From the NCBI GenBank assembly GCA_963750735.1, contig CAVVRY010000013.1, positions 1,856 through 65,855 of the forward strand: a DNA stretch of 64,000 nucleotides, written 5' to 3'. This stretch comes from an uncultured Bacteroidales bacterium (GTDB taxonomy: Bacteria > Bacteroidota > Bacteroidia > Bacteroidales > VadinHA17). The notes below the pieces were generated by a model that had not been told where the DNA came from, searched no databases, and saw only the letters and a program-made list of their open reading frames with translations. This document shows positions 27,974-37,673 of the stretch, piece by piece. Numbering within the stretch: the stretch's first letter is position 1; each line of letters starts with the position of its first letter. The position numbers and the translations under genes were made by a program.

Positions 27974-27995
27974 AAGTGGAATAAAAGTGGAATAT
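27974..27995 (-). promoter_or_regulatory. 22-bp direct-repeat operator candidate (ATATTCCACTTTTATTCCACTT on the minus strand)
   Basis: Identical 22-mer at 29449-29470. It contains ATTCCAC twice with 11-bp spacing. It lies exactly 30 nt upstream of a near-consensus -7 box (GATATTTG, 27936-27943). Confidence 0.55.
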
Positions 27996-28304
27996 TTGGC
28001 AACAAAAGCAGCTTTAGAAACTAAAAGATATTGTGAGATGGGTATTCAAAAATCAATTAATATAAAGTTGACGGAAACGAAATTTTTATGGATCGAAATT
28101 TTATAGAATTTTGGATACGATAAAAATTAGATGAGCAAGCGCATCTGCAGAGTTTTTTAAGTAAAAGAAGTCCAAAAAAACAGACAATTTCGAGAGTTTT
28201 ATTTATTATAGAGGAAAAATTAAACAAATATTGACTTGTCTAAAAATAAGTGAATTTACCGTAATGAAATTGTGGGATTAACTTTCCTGCAGGACAATAA
28301 AAGT

Positions 28305-29375
28305 TTAACTTTCACTAAGGCTCGGATCTTTTAATATTTTGTTAGCATCTTCTTCTGTGCCCAGAATAACAGCAAGCCATTTGGTTTTCGGATTCTGCTC
28401 AAGCATAATTTTTATTGACATGGTCAGGGGAACAGAAAGAAACATACCCACAGTACCCAGCACGAAACCCCAAAAAATCAAGCCAAAAAATACTATAAAA
28501 GTGGATAATCCAAGTCCTTTTCCCATAAGTTTTGGTTCCACTATACTGCCAATGACCATATTCACAACAAGAAAAATTACACCTGTCCAGACAACACCTC
28601 CAAAACCCAACTGCACAAGGGCAAATAAAACTGCAGGAACCGCCGCAATTATGGAACCAATAGTTGGTATATAATTCAGAAGAAAAGCAATCAATGCCCA
28701 AATAATTGCATGCTCTACTCCAACAATTGACAGGCCTATCCAGATCAAAGCACCAGTTGCAAGGCTCGTAACTGTTTTAATGGATAAATAATGCTTGATA
28801 TTTTCACCAATCGTTTCCATAAACGAAAAAGTAAGCTTCGAACTTTTTGCAATAGCTTTGGCTTTTAATCCAATGCTGTCAATTTCTAATAAAAGGAATA
28901 GTGCCAGGAAAAAAATAGTCATGGCATTGCCCATAACATTACCAAGTTGTCCTAAAAGATTAGAGGTAAAACTCATAACCTTTGATGGGTTAATACTTTT
29001 TGATAATTCTTCAGTGGATATATTTAATCCTTTCTTGTCAAGAAATTTAAAAACAGAATCCCCTATATCTTTGAGGTTATCTTCATATTGTGCAGACTCC
29101 TCTGAGAAAGAAGACAATGAGGAACCGATTATTTCTCCAAATCCCCAAAAAATGGCCACTATTCCTATAAAGACTATGGAAATTGCCAATCCATTTGGAA
29201 CTTTCTTCTTTCTTAGCCAGATGATTGGACTTGTACAAATTATACTTATAAATAGTGCCAACAGAAAAGGGATTACTACAGAGCTTGAGGCCATTACTCC
29301 TGCGATTACAATTATAAAAATAGCGATAGATAACCCTGGAACCGTAATATTTGCAATTTCCTTCTTGTCCATCAT
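28305..29375 (-). CDS. AI-2E family (PerM-like) transporter
   Basis: 356 aa, about 8 TM helices. C-terminal LSVPLTMSIKIML motif typical of the family. Confidence 0.8.
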   Translation of the reverse strand: MMDKKEIANITVPGLSIAIFIIVIAGVMASSSVVIPFLLALFISIICTSPIIWLRKKKVPNGLAISIVFIGIVAIFWGFGEIIGSSLSSFSEESAQYEDNLKDIGDSVFKFLDKKGLNISTEELSKSINPSKVMSFTSNLLGQLGNVMGNAMTIFFLALFLLLEIDSIGLKAKAIAKSSKLTFSFMETIGENIKHYLSIKTVTSLATGALIWIGLSIVGVEHAIIWALIAFLLNYIPTIGSIIAAVPAVLFALVQLGFGGVVWTGVIFLVVNMVIGSIVEPKLMGKGLGLSTFIVFFGLIFWGFVLGTVGMFLSVPLTMSIKIMLEQNPKTKWLAVILGTEEDANKILKDPSLSES

Positions 29376-29448
29376 AAATTAAATATTTTGTGAATGAAAA
29401 ATCGTTGTTACAAATTTGAATTTTAAAAATGGATTATAAAACCCACTT

Positions 29449-29470
29449 AAGTGGAATAAAAGTGGAATAT
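29449..29470 (-). promoter_or_regulatory. 22-bp direct-repeat operator candidate (second copy)
   Basis: Identical to 27974-27995. It lies exactly 30 nt upstream of CAAATTTG (29411-18), which is 35 nt upstream of the ATG at 29375. Confidence 0.55.
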
Positions 29471-29510
29471 ATCAGCTATATCTGAACAGTTTGGATGTAT
29501 TTCAAAAATT

Positions 29511-30413
29511 CTATGCCCAGCTATTGATTATTTTCAAGTCTTTCTTCACACATTCAAGGGGTGCTATTCCCTGGTATGATTCCTGTTCAATTATAAATAA
29601 CCATGTCCCCCCTTTTTCTCTGCTTAAATTCATAACTTTTTCCGGATCAATAAGCCCTTCACCAAGGATCGTACTTTCAAAGCCCTCACCACCACTTTCT
29701 TTTTTGATCATATCTTTCACATGAATATTTTCAAAGCGGCCCGGATAGCGATTGATAATATCAATGGCTTTTGCACCAGCGATGTACATATTGCCAATAT
29801 CAAGCTGCATGCCAACTTTATCCGCATCTGTGTTGGTCATTATAAGATCGAACATTGTTTTGTTGTTTAGTTCGAGGCTGAATTCAAAATCATGGTTGTG
29901 ATACCCAAACTTCATTCCTGACTTCTGACAGAGCTCACCACATTTGTTAAATACCTCCATGAATTCCATAAAAGGTTCATAGGTCCTAAGATTATTATCA
30001 AGTGATGGAGAAACTACAAATTTCTGACCGCAGGTAGCCGCATCATCGATGGTATATTTCCAAGCATCCGTAAAGTCATTTTTCTTCTTATCCCAATGAT
30101 TTGCACTTAACACTGTATGTCCACTTGGCATCTTCAGGCCCAGATCATCGAGTATTTTTTTAAATTCAGCTGCTGAATAACCATAGAATTTCCGGTTTAC
30201 ATAATTTGCATGCTCCACATGTTTGTATCCCATGGCTGCAATTTGTTTTAATGTACCCAGGGGATCTTCTCCCATTTCTGTTCGAACACTATAAAGTTGA
30301 ATACCTATTACATCTTTTTTCTTTGCTGCTGCAAAAAGTGAATGCGAGAAAATAGATGTGCCTGCAATTGTAATTGCACCGGTTTTGATGAAGTTACGCC
30401 GTGAAGTTTTCAT
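29511..30413 (-). CDS. Sugar phosphate isomerase/epimerase (xylose-isomerase-like TIM barrel) with Tat signal
   Basis: 300 aa. Tat motif SRRNFIKTGA. HNHDFEF and DIGN motifs typical of AP-endonuclease-2/xylose-isomerase-like barrels. Confidence 0.75.
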   Translation of the reverse strand: MKTSRRNFIKTGAITIAGTSIFSHSLFAAAKKKDVIGIQLYSVRTEMGEDPLGTLKQIAAMGYKHVEHANYVNRKFYGYSAAEFKKILDDLGLKMPSGHTVLSANHWDKKKNDFTDAWKYTIDDAATCGQKFVVSPSLDNNLRTYEPFMEFMEVFNKCGELCQKSGMKFGYHNHDFEFSLELNNKTMFDLIMTNTDADKVGMQLDIGNMYIAGAKAIDIINRYPGRFENIHVKDMIKKESGGEGFESTILGEGLIDPEKVMNLSREKGGTWLFIIEQESYQGIAPLECVKKDLKIINSWA

Positions 30414-30502
30414 GTTTACTTTATTTGTAGTTAGTTGAATTTTGAAGAAAAGTAAATGTACAAATATTTTTTTATTGATTGTTTGCTCTTAAATGAGAAC
30501 CC

Positions 30503-31534
30503 TTAATTAGATGGATTAAAAAGGATTTTAATTACAGGTGCCGGATTATCAGCCCAATTTTTAACAACTTCGGTCACATTATGGCTATCAACAATCCTTG
30601 TAATAATTTTATTCACTTGAAGCTCACCTTTTTTCAAAAATCTTATTACATTTCTAAAATCCTCAGGTGTGGCATTTCGGGAGCCCATGATATCCAATTC
30701 CTTTTGCACCCAGAGTTTTGTAGGCATGAGAGTGTCTTCTTTTGTATAGCCAATGCATACTACTCTGCCTGAAAAAGCCACCGTATCTATCGCCAACTTA
30801 TATGTGATAGAATTACCAACTGCCTCTATAATAACATCCGGGCCATTATGGAAGCCAAATTTATTCAGAGCTTCAGAAAGATCTTCCAATTTACTATTTA
30901 TTGTGTGTTGTGCCCCCAGGCTCTTTGCCAGTTCCAGCTTATTCTCATCCACGTCAACTGCTATAACTATTGATTTGCGAACCAAGGCACCAATAATGGC
31001 ACCCATTCCTATCATACCACATCCAAGAACCATTACCAATTCATTTTTTGATACTCTACCCCTGTCCACAGCGTGAAAACCAACTGTCAATGGTTCAACC
31101 AAAGCCAGTTCTTCATACGTTAAATCATTATCAATCAGTACCTTTTGCCAGGGTGTAACTAAAAAGTCACTCATTGCACCATCCCTTTGTACACCGAGGG
31201 TTTCATTGTACCTACATGCATTAAACCGACCATTTTTACAGGAAGCACATGAACCACAATTTGTATATGGAATTACAGTTGCTTTAAGTCCCGGCTTATA
31301 TTCTTTTGGTACATCTCCACCTGTCTTTTCTATTGTTGCAGCTACTTCATGTCCTGGTATTCGCGGATACGAAACCATAGGATTTTTCCCCAGGTAGGTA
31401 CTCAGGTCAGATCCACAAAATCCCACATATTCAATTTTAAGCAATACTTCTAAAGGACCTGGCTCTGGGACTGGCATGTCTATTATCTCAATTTTTCCGG
31501 GTTCTGATATTTGCAGTGATTTCATTCTTAGCAC
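30503..31534 (-). CDS. Zinc-dependent medium-chain alcohol/polyol dehydrogenase
   Basis: 343 aa. Catalytic-zinc motifs CGSD..GHE. Structural-zinc Cys cluster CGSCASCKNGRFNAC. Rossmann motif LGCGMIGMG. Confidence 0.85.
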   Translation of the reverse strand: MLRMKSLQISEPGKIEIIDMPVPEPGPLEVLLKIEYVGFCGSDLSTYLGKNPMVSYPRIPGHEVAATIEKTGGDVPKEYKPGLKATVIPYTNCGSCASCKNGRFNACRYNETLGVQRDGAMSDFLVTPWQKVLIDNDLTYEELALVEPLTVGFHAVDRGRVSKNELVMVLGCGMIGMGAIIGALVRKSIVIAVDVDENKLELAKSLGAQHTINSKLEDLSEALNKFGFHNGPDVIIEAVGNSITYKLAIDTVAFSGRVVCIGYTKEDTLMPTKLWVQKELDIMGSRNATPEDFRNVIRFLKKGELQVNKIITRIVDSHNVTEVVKNWADNPAPVIKILFNPSN

Positions 31535-31556
31535 AAGGATTTTAAATAATAGCTGT

Positions 31557-32609
31557 TTATTTAAGCAAGGATGGAAATATATGGTTGATAATACCTTCAG
31601 ATTTTAATTTCAACCAGAATTCTGAAGGCAATTCTTTGTTTAGGATTTGTTTATTCCGCATAATGCGTTCAGGTTTGCTGGGATTCAGGGCCACAGCCTG
31701 TACCTCTTTGGGTGCCAGAGAATAATACAAACAAGCATCACCGGGTTCAACATCAAATTCCTGACAAGTCTTGAAAAAGTCTGCTCTCCAATCCAATCGA
31801 TGTTGGTCTTCTTCTAAAGTTGGATCAATTAGTCTGTAATCAAAATACGCTCCTCCGGTGAGAAACCCGGCATTGAAAATAGCTGAATTGATGATGCCTA
31901 CTCCATCTTGATGAAGCCGGCCTATAAATTCCAACAATTCCTGTGGATGTCGGTATATTGTCAGACTATTTGCCAGCATAACCCAGTCAAAAGGAATTTC
32001 TTTGTACAACTCCCGGATAATATGCCAATCTTTTGCACCAATCCCCACCGCTTTGACTTCTCCTATCGATTTCAGTTCAAACAATGAACTATAGGCATCG
32101 ATTATATCTTTTTTTCTTGTAATTCTATCTTCCTTAGAATTTGCTGCGGCCAGATATTCATCCGGGTCATGAACAGAAATAAGTTGGGATGTGTAGGTTG
32201 CACCTAAAAGTTCATTTCCCTGCTTCCAGCAATCCAGAATGCCCTCTTTATTAATTCTTTGGTTGGCATCATATTGCAAACTGGCCCATGCACCTGGTTC
32301 AAAAGTGGGCTCTTTGGTTTTAAGTGGAACACGATACCAGCCTAATTTATTGCTTATTACAATATTTTCAGTTGGAATATTTAATTCCGATAATCCTTTG
32401 CCAATTACTTCCAGGGCCAATCCTGCTCCGTATTTTCCAGCAGTGTCAATTAGCACCATAGAATCACCTGCTTCGAACCATTTTTTAATAATTTCCAGCT
32501 TTAAGTCCCAGCCGATGTCCCTGTAAAGGTTACCAAGAAAGCTGGTTCCGTAAACAATGGGTGGTACTTGCAGTCCGGTGTTTCCAAAAGATGACAAATG
32601 CATTGACAT
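31557..32609 (-). CDS. Aldo/keto reductase family oxidoreductase
   Basis: 350 aa. N-terminal GNTGLQVPPIVYG and DTAGKYG (Asp/Tyr catalytic region) resemble AKRs. Confidence 0.7.
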   Translation of the reverse strand: MSMHLSSFGNTGLQVPPIVYGTSFLGNLYRDIGWDLKLEIIKKWFEAGDSMVLIDTAGKYGAGLALEVIGKGLSELNIPTENIVISNKLGWYRVPLKTKEPTFEPGAWASLQYDANQRINKEGILDCWKQGNELLGATYTSQLISVHDPDEYLAAANSKEDRITRKKDIIDAYSSLFELKSIGEVKAVGIGAKDWHIIRELYKEIPFDWVMLANSLTIYRHPQELLEFIGRLHQDGVGIINSAIFNAGFLTGGAYFDYRLIDPTLEEDQHRLDWRADFFKTCQEFDVEPGDACLYYSLAPKEVQAVALNPSKPERIMRNKQILNKELPSEFWLKLKSEGIINHIFPSLLK

Positions 32610-32722
32610 ATTCGATTTATAGTCTTGAGGTCCTTGTAAAGATAAAAGAAACTATTGAGATTGGACTTTTGAAACTCCGGGTAAGTTTGAAATTCAGACC
32701 AGTTATCCAATTAAAAATTCCT

Positions 32723-32730
32723 TACTTTTG
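32723..32730 (+). promoter_or_regulatory. Bacteroidota -7 promoter box candidate (TACTTTTG)
   Basis: Exact TAnnTTTG match 17 nt upstream of the tex ATG. Confidence 0.4.
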
Positions 32731-32747
32731 AATCCAAATTTTGAAAC

Positions 32748-34874
32748 ATGGACTTAGCTATTGTAAATCGTTTATCAAACGAAGTAAATATTCCTGAAAA
32801 TCAGGTAGAAAAAACATTAACCCTACTTAATGAGGGAGCTACAATCCCATTTATTTCGCGATACAGAAAAGAGCACACAGGTAATCTCGATGAAGTTGAA
32901 ATTGCCCTTATAAAAACTGCTCATGAAAGGATGGTAGCACTTGAAAGCCGAAAAGAAACAATTTTAAAGGCCATTGAGGAACAGGGGAAGCTTACTGAGG
33001 AGCTTAAAGAGAGAATTCAAAATACTTATGAAAGCAGGGAACTGGAAGATATATACCTGCCATATAAACAAAAAAGAAAAACCAAAGCCGAAGTCGCTCG
33101 AAAAAATGGTTTGGAACCCCTTGCAAAAATCATAATGTCTCAAAATGAGCCTGACATTGAAAACAGGGCACATGCTTTTGTGAAAGGTGAAATAAAATCC
33201 ACCGATGAAGCATTGCAGGGAGCAAGAGACATTATTGCCGAATGGGTAAACGAAAATATAAGAGCACGAGAAATTATCCGTACACTCTTCGAAAGAACAG
33301 CAATAATAAGTGCTAAGCTAGTAAAGGCCAAGGAAGAAGATGCTTCGAAGTTTAAGGACTATTTTAACTATGAAGAAAAGCTATCACGTTGTAAATCGCA
33401 TCAATTACTTGCAATGCGACGTGGTGAAAATGAAGGATTTCTTAAGGTAAGTATCCGACCACCTGAGGAAGAGGCTCTTGAACGTTTACATAGAATATTC
33501 ATTAAGAATGATGTGTCCGGTAACGTAGAAATGGCTATTGATGATTCTTATAAGCGGCTACTGGCTCCTTCTCTCGAAAATGAATTTGCCAGTCTATCAA
33601 AACAAAAGGCCGATGAGGAAGCCATAAGGGTATTTGCTGAAAACCTCCGGCAATTGCTGATTGGAGCTCCACTGGGTGAAAAAAGAATACTGGCTATTGA
33701 TCCGGGATTCAGAACCGGTTGTAAGCTCGTTTGCCTTGACGAAAAGGGTGACCTCCTGCACAATGATACCATTTATCCCCATCCCCCACAATCACAATCA
33801 AATCAGGCCATGCATAAAATAAGTACCCTTATTGAGCAATATAAAATTCAAGCCATTGCCATTGGTAACGGCACTGCCGGAAGGGAAACTGAAAACCTGA
33901 TCAGGAGAATGCGGTTTAAAGAGGATCTCCAGGTATTTATTGTGAGTGAGGCAGGTGCTTCGATATATTCTGCTTCCTCTATTGCTAGGGAGGAATTTCC
34001 AGCCTATGATGTAACGGTTCGTGGTGCTGTTTCCATTGGTCGAAGGCTTATGGATCCTCTGGCTGAACTTGTAAAGATTGAACCAAAATCAATTGGTGTT
34101 GGACAGTATCAACACGATGTGGATCAAAACACACTGAAAGAATCTTTGGACAGAGTGGTTGAAAGTTGTGTAAATATGGTGGGTGTGGATGTAAATACAG
34201 CCAGCAAACATTTGCTAACCTATGTATCAGGCCTGGGACCTCAATTGGCCCAGAATATAGTTGATTACCGTAAGGAATATGGCATATTCAAGGAGAGAAA
34301 AGCGCTTCAGAAGGTGCCTCGAATGGGTGCAAAGGCTTTTGAACAGTGTGCCGGCTTCCTTCGGATTAAAAATGGGAAAAACCCTCTTGATAACAGTGCG
34401 GTACACCCTGAAAGATATACTCTTGTTGAAAAAATTGCAAAGGATGCATCTGTGTCGGTATCTGAGATAATAGGAAAAGCAGATATAATTAATACAATTC
34501 CTTTTGAAAAATATGAAAATGCGGAAATAGGAACTGCCACCCTGAATGATATAAAGGCTGAATTGTTAAAACCAGGCCTGGATCCCCGGAAAAAGGCAAA
34601 GGTGTTTTCATTTGCCGAAGGAATCAGGAAAATAGAAGATTTAAAACCAGGGATGGAGCTGCCAGGAATCGTTACGAATATTACCAATTTTGGTGCTTTT
34701 GTTGATGTAGGGGTAAAACAGGATGGACTGGTACATATATCAAACCTTGCCAACGAATATGTAAGCAATCCGGCAGATTTTGTAAAGCTTAACCAGCATG
34801 TAAAAGTTAAAGTGCTTGAGGTGGATGCAGAGCGAAAACGAATTGGCCTTTCAATGAAAGATGTTGAGCAATAG
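32748..34874 (+). CDS. tex: Tex-like transcription accessory protein (YqgF + HhH + S1 domains)
   Basis: 708 aa. N-terminal TIPFISRYRKE signature, a central RuvC/YqgF-like region (ILAIDPGFRTGCK), and a C-terminal S1 domain (GIVTNITNFGAFVDVG..DGLVHIS). Confidence 0.9.
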   Translation: MDLAIVNRLSNEVNIPENQVEKTLTLLNEGATIPFISRYRKEHTGNLDEVEIALIKTAHERMVALESRKETILKAIEEQGKLTEELKERIQNTYESRELEDIYLPYKQKRKTKAEVARKNGLEPLAKIIMSQNEPDIENRAHAFVKGEIKSTDEALQGARDIIAEWVNENIRAREIIRTLFERTAIISAKLVKAKEEDASKFKDYFNYEEKLSRCKSHQLLAMRRGENEGFLKVSIRPPEEEALERLHRIFIKNDVSGNVEMAIDDSYKRLLAPSLENEFASLSKQKADEEAIRVFAENLRQLLIGAPLGEKRILAIDPGFRTGCKLVCLDEKGDLLHNDTIYPHPPQSQSNQAMHKISTLIEQYKIQAIAIGNGTAGRETENLIRRMRFKEDLQVFIVSEAGASIYSASSIAREEFPAYDVTVRGAVSIGRRLMDPLAELVKIEPKSIGVGQYQHDVDQNTLKESLDRVVESCVNMVGVDVNTASKHLLTYVSGLGPQLAQNIVDYRKEYGIFKERKALQKVPRMGAKAFEQCAGFLRIKNGKNPLDNSAVHPERYTLVEKIAKDASVSVSEIIGKADIINTIPFEKYENAEIGTATLNDIKAELLKPGLDPRKKAKVFSFAEGIRKIEDLKPGMELPGIVTNITNFGAFVDVGVKQDGLVHISNLANEYVSNPADFVKLNQHVKVKVLEVDAERKRIGLSMKDVEQ

Positions 34875-34968
34875 CTAAAATATGATTAAATGCAATATCT
34901 ATTGAATGAAGTATGATTATAATAATTATCTAAAAGTATTTGTTGGTTGTTTTTTGACCAAATTCTCT

Positions 34969-35370
34969 TCATTCTATTGTCATACCAGTGCTACTTCCTT
35001 TGCCAAATACTTCAAAAGAAATCTTCGTATCAGTTTTGGAGTTAATTAAACCAATAATCACAGTAGTATCATTCTTCCACTTAAACTTAGCCTGGTCATA
35101 AGCTTCTTCTGTCCCATAGAAGGCGGTATGTGATAGCAGCTCACCAGTAAGATCACTAAAAAAGGTCACATTATAACCTTCATCCATAAATATAGTTCTG
35201 TAAATATCAACATCACCTGATTTATGTTCCTCAAGGTTGATTTCAGGTGCCGCCTGGTTCCGGTAATCTTGGATAAGTAATGACTTTTCTTGATTAGTAT
35301 TATAACTACATCCCCAAAGTAAAGCTACAATAAAGGCTATTCCAGAAAAGTTACTGAGTAGTTTTTTCAT
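34969..35370 (-). CDS. Hypothetical lipoprotein
   Basis: 133 aa with lipobox LLWGCS. Confidence 0.55.
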   Translation of the reverse strand: MKKLLSNFSGIAFIVALLWGCSYNTNQEKSLLIQDYRNQAAPEINLEEHKSGDVDIYRTIFMDEGYNVTFFSDLTGELLSHTAFYGTEEAYDQAKFKWKNDTTVIIGLINSKTDTKISFEVFGKGSSTGMTIE

Positions 35371-35440
35371 GATTCATCTTAAATTTTTTTCATTATTTAA
35401 ATGTTAGTTATAATGCTCTTTATAAAGTGTTAACAAATGT

Positions 35441-36988
35441 TTACTCTATTAATTTTGCATCAGATGGGTACCATTGACCATCAAACCATGGTTCCAATGG
35501 ACCGTAAAGTCTAAAAATAGTATTCCAGCCTTTTCCAGGAACTGTCTGAATCCAATTGTTCTCAAATCCTTTTGGAGCTAAAGGGCCAAAATAGATGTCA
35601 TAAGAACCATCTTCATTTTTTACAATTCCATCTTTGTTGCTATCCACTCCCGGAAACTGCTGATCTGTTTGAAGCATTGATCTAGTTTGGTTATCGTAAA
35701 CCGTAAATGACCAAAAATCTTTCATGGGAGGATTGGCAGGCACATTGAATTTATAAGTCTTACTTCCATCAAAGGTGTTACCTTCAAAATCAGAATAAGC
35801 AATAGCATACTGAGAGCCCTTGCCAATAATTTTCATAGACATAGCTGGTGTAATACCAGTAGCATAAAAATGAAAAGCTGCACGTGCATCCAAAAGTCTA
35901 ACTCCTTCGTGCTCGAATAAGTAACTCTTGTAAGCTAGAGGATTGAGCCATTTTGTGCCGGGGAATTTTGTCAGGTATTCTGATCTAGGTTTGGCCATTT
36001 GGGTGCGAACGATTGCAGCACCAATTTTTGTTGCCTCTTCTAATATTTTTTGCATCCGCTCATCTGGTGCAAAGTCTTGTCCTTTTTTAATCCCTATAGC
36101 TGCCAAGGCACCTAGAATTTCAGGATTCTGCCCTTCACTTGGCTCAGCCTGAACAACAGCATTGATTTCGTTATAAATTTCGGCATCCATACGATGAATG
36201 GTATTGTTTAGCACCCCAGACGCATTGATGAAGCTCATTGCTGGCGGATTGTTTTTCTTAGAAAGAGGATAGACTTTAAATGTTTTTTTAGTCGCGTCTA
36301 CTGCTGGCTTAGGACTACCATCGACTTGGAAGCCTCTCCAAATCACCCAATGCTCATAGGTCTTAGCCTGATAAGCGAAATAACCATCCGGTATCTTTCC
36401 CTCATACCCTGGAGGAATAATTAAAAACTTACCGCCTTTTGCTTTGTCTGGGCCTAAACGACCAAAGTCGGCAACGTATTGAAACCAATGATCATCAATA
36501 ATACCTAACACATCTGGTGGCGTCTCAATGACCATAGGTTCATCGCCTAGTTGTAACCACGTGGCCATATATACCGAAGTGGTGTTAGGCGTTAGCCAAA
36601 AGGCTTTTGAATCCATCAAATCTTCAAAAAGAACGGCCGTGTAGTTGGCAGGACCAAATGAAAGAATACCTTGTTTTAGACCTTCCATAGAAGCAATTTG
36701 AATGCCTTTTAAAAAGGCCTCCACGCCATTGTGAAGATCAATATAGTCATAAACTTTCTGAACGGTTTCTTTTTCGGGTACTCCATCGAAAAAGTTGAGT
36801 TCACCAATGTGTGTGTCAAGTTTGTTAGGCGTTGAAATGCCATCAGGTATGGCTGTCGTCATTTTCATTTTTGGTGGGGCAACCTGAGTAACAGAATCTT
36901 CTTGATCAGTCTTTTTTGTTTCCTTTGTATTACAGCTTATAATGAATAAGCACGCTATCGCAATGGCTGTTAAAACTATTACTTTCAT
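35441..36988 (-). CDS. DUF1254/DUF1214 domain protein, lipoprotein
   Basis: 515 aa. Lipobox FIISCN. Sequence blocks typical of the DUF1254 (N-terminal) and DUF1214 (C-terminal, ..GWNTIFRLYGP..) pair. Confidence 0.65.
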   Translation of the reverse strand: MKVIVLTAIAIACLFIISCNTKETKKTDQEDSVTQVAPPKMKMTTAIPDGISTPNKLDTHIGELNFFDGVPEKETVQKVYDYIDLHNGVEAFLKGIQIASMEGLKQGILSFGPANYTAVLFEDLMDSKAFWLTPNTTSVYMATWLQLGDEPMVIETPPDVLGIIDDHWFQYVADFGRLGPDKAKGGKFLIIPPGYEGKIPDGYFAYQAKTYEHWVIWRGFQVDGSPKPAVDATKKTFKVYPLSKKNNPPAMSFINASGVLNNTIHRMDAEIYNEINAVVQAEPSEGQNPEILGALAAIGIKKGQDFAPDERMQKILEEATKIGAAIVRTQMAKPRSEYLTKFPGTKWLNPLAYKSYLFEHEGVRLLDARAAFHFYATGITPAMSMKIIGKGSQYAIAYSDFEGNTFDGSKTYKFNVPANPPMKDFWSFTVYDNQTRSMLQTDQQFPGVDSNKDGIVKNEDGSYDIYFGPLAPKGFENNWIQTVPGKGWNTIFRLYGPLEPWFDGQWYPSDAKLIE

Positions 36989-37265
36989 TTGAGATATTTT
37001 TATTAAGATTATTATTAATTGTTGCTAACTAATTTATAGTATAAATTTCTGTCCTAAAATTAACATTTATTGCCCAATGTGGCATGTTAGTGCTAGTTTT
37101 TCACCATAAGAGCTATCATTTATATTTTTACAAAGATCATCAAAAGTATCAATTAATATTTTGTAAAAGAGCGGAAATATATGGGTAAATAATCCATACA
37201 ATGAATTGAATTTGGTATCTTGTAAGGTAAAATATTTACTCATCCAAATTCAAATTTTTAGGGAA

Positions 37266-37673
37266 ATGAACTTAACGAATCAGAATTTGAAATCCCGAGA
37301 ATGGACTGAACGCATTTTTCTGGCAATAATCTTCGCAGGCTTTGGCAGCCTGATTATGATTGTATTTAGTCCCTGGCATCCAATACTGGGCAAGGTGCAG
37401 GATTATTTGGGCAGAATATCAATTGTTGCCCTTTTACTTTTAATATTTTATTTTTTACGGGCCAGGAATCAATTTAAGAACTATCAACAGATAATATGGG
37501 GGCTATTTATTATGGCCCTTGCAGTTTCACTTGACTGGGTTTTCGGATTATACCTGATTGATTCTCTCGGAGTTGATGGAAACACACATTCAGGTTTTGC
37601 ACTTTTAAAGCTGAATGAATGTATTCGTTGTTCTCGCTGTTATCATTGTTTTTACAAAATTATCAGGAGATGA
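37266..37673 (+). CDS. Membrane protein; possibly the N-terminal part of the following CPBP protease
   Basis: Four hydrophobic helices. It overlaps the next ORF by 59 nt in a different frame. Confidence 0.45.
   Translation: MNLTNQNLKSREWTERIFLAIIFAGFGSLIMIVFSPWHPILGKVQDYLGRISIVALLLLIFYFLRARNQFKNYQQIIWGLFIMALAVSLDWVFGLYLIDSLGVDGNTHSGFALLKLNECIRCSRCYHCFYKIIRR

Noticed and set aside
28795-29382. 195-aa plus-strand ORF (with others at 28339-28674 and 28399-28701)
   Set aside because: These are antisense or alternative-frame shadows inside the AI-2E transporter gene, whose 8-TM product is clearly the real one.
34307-34768. 153-aa minus-strand ORF
   Set aside because: It lies entirely inside tex on the opposite strand, and its translation has no recognisable features.
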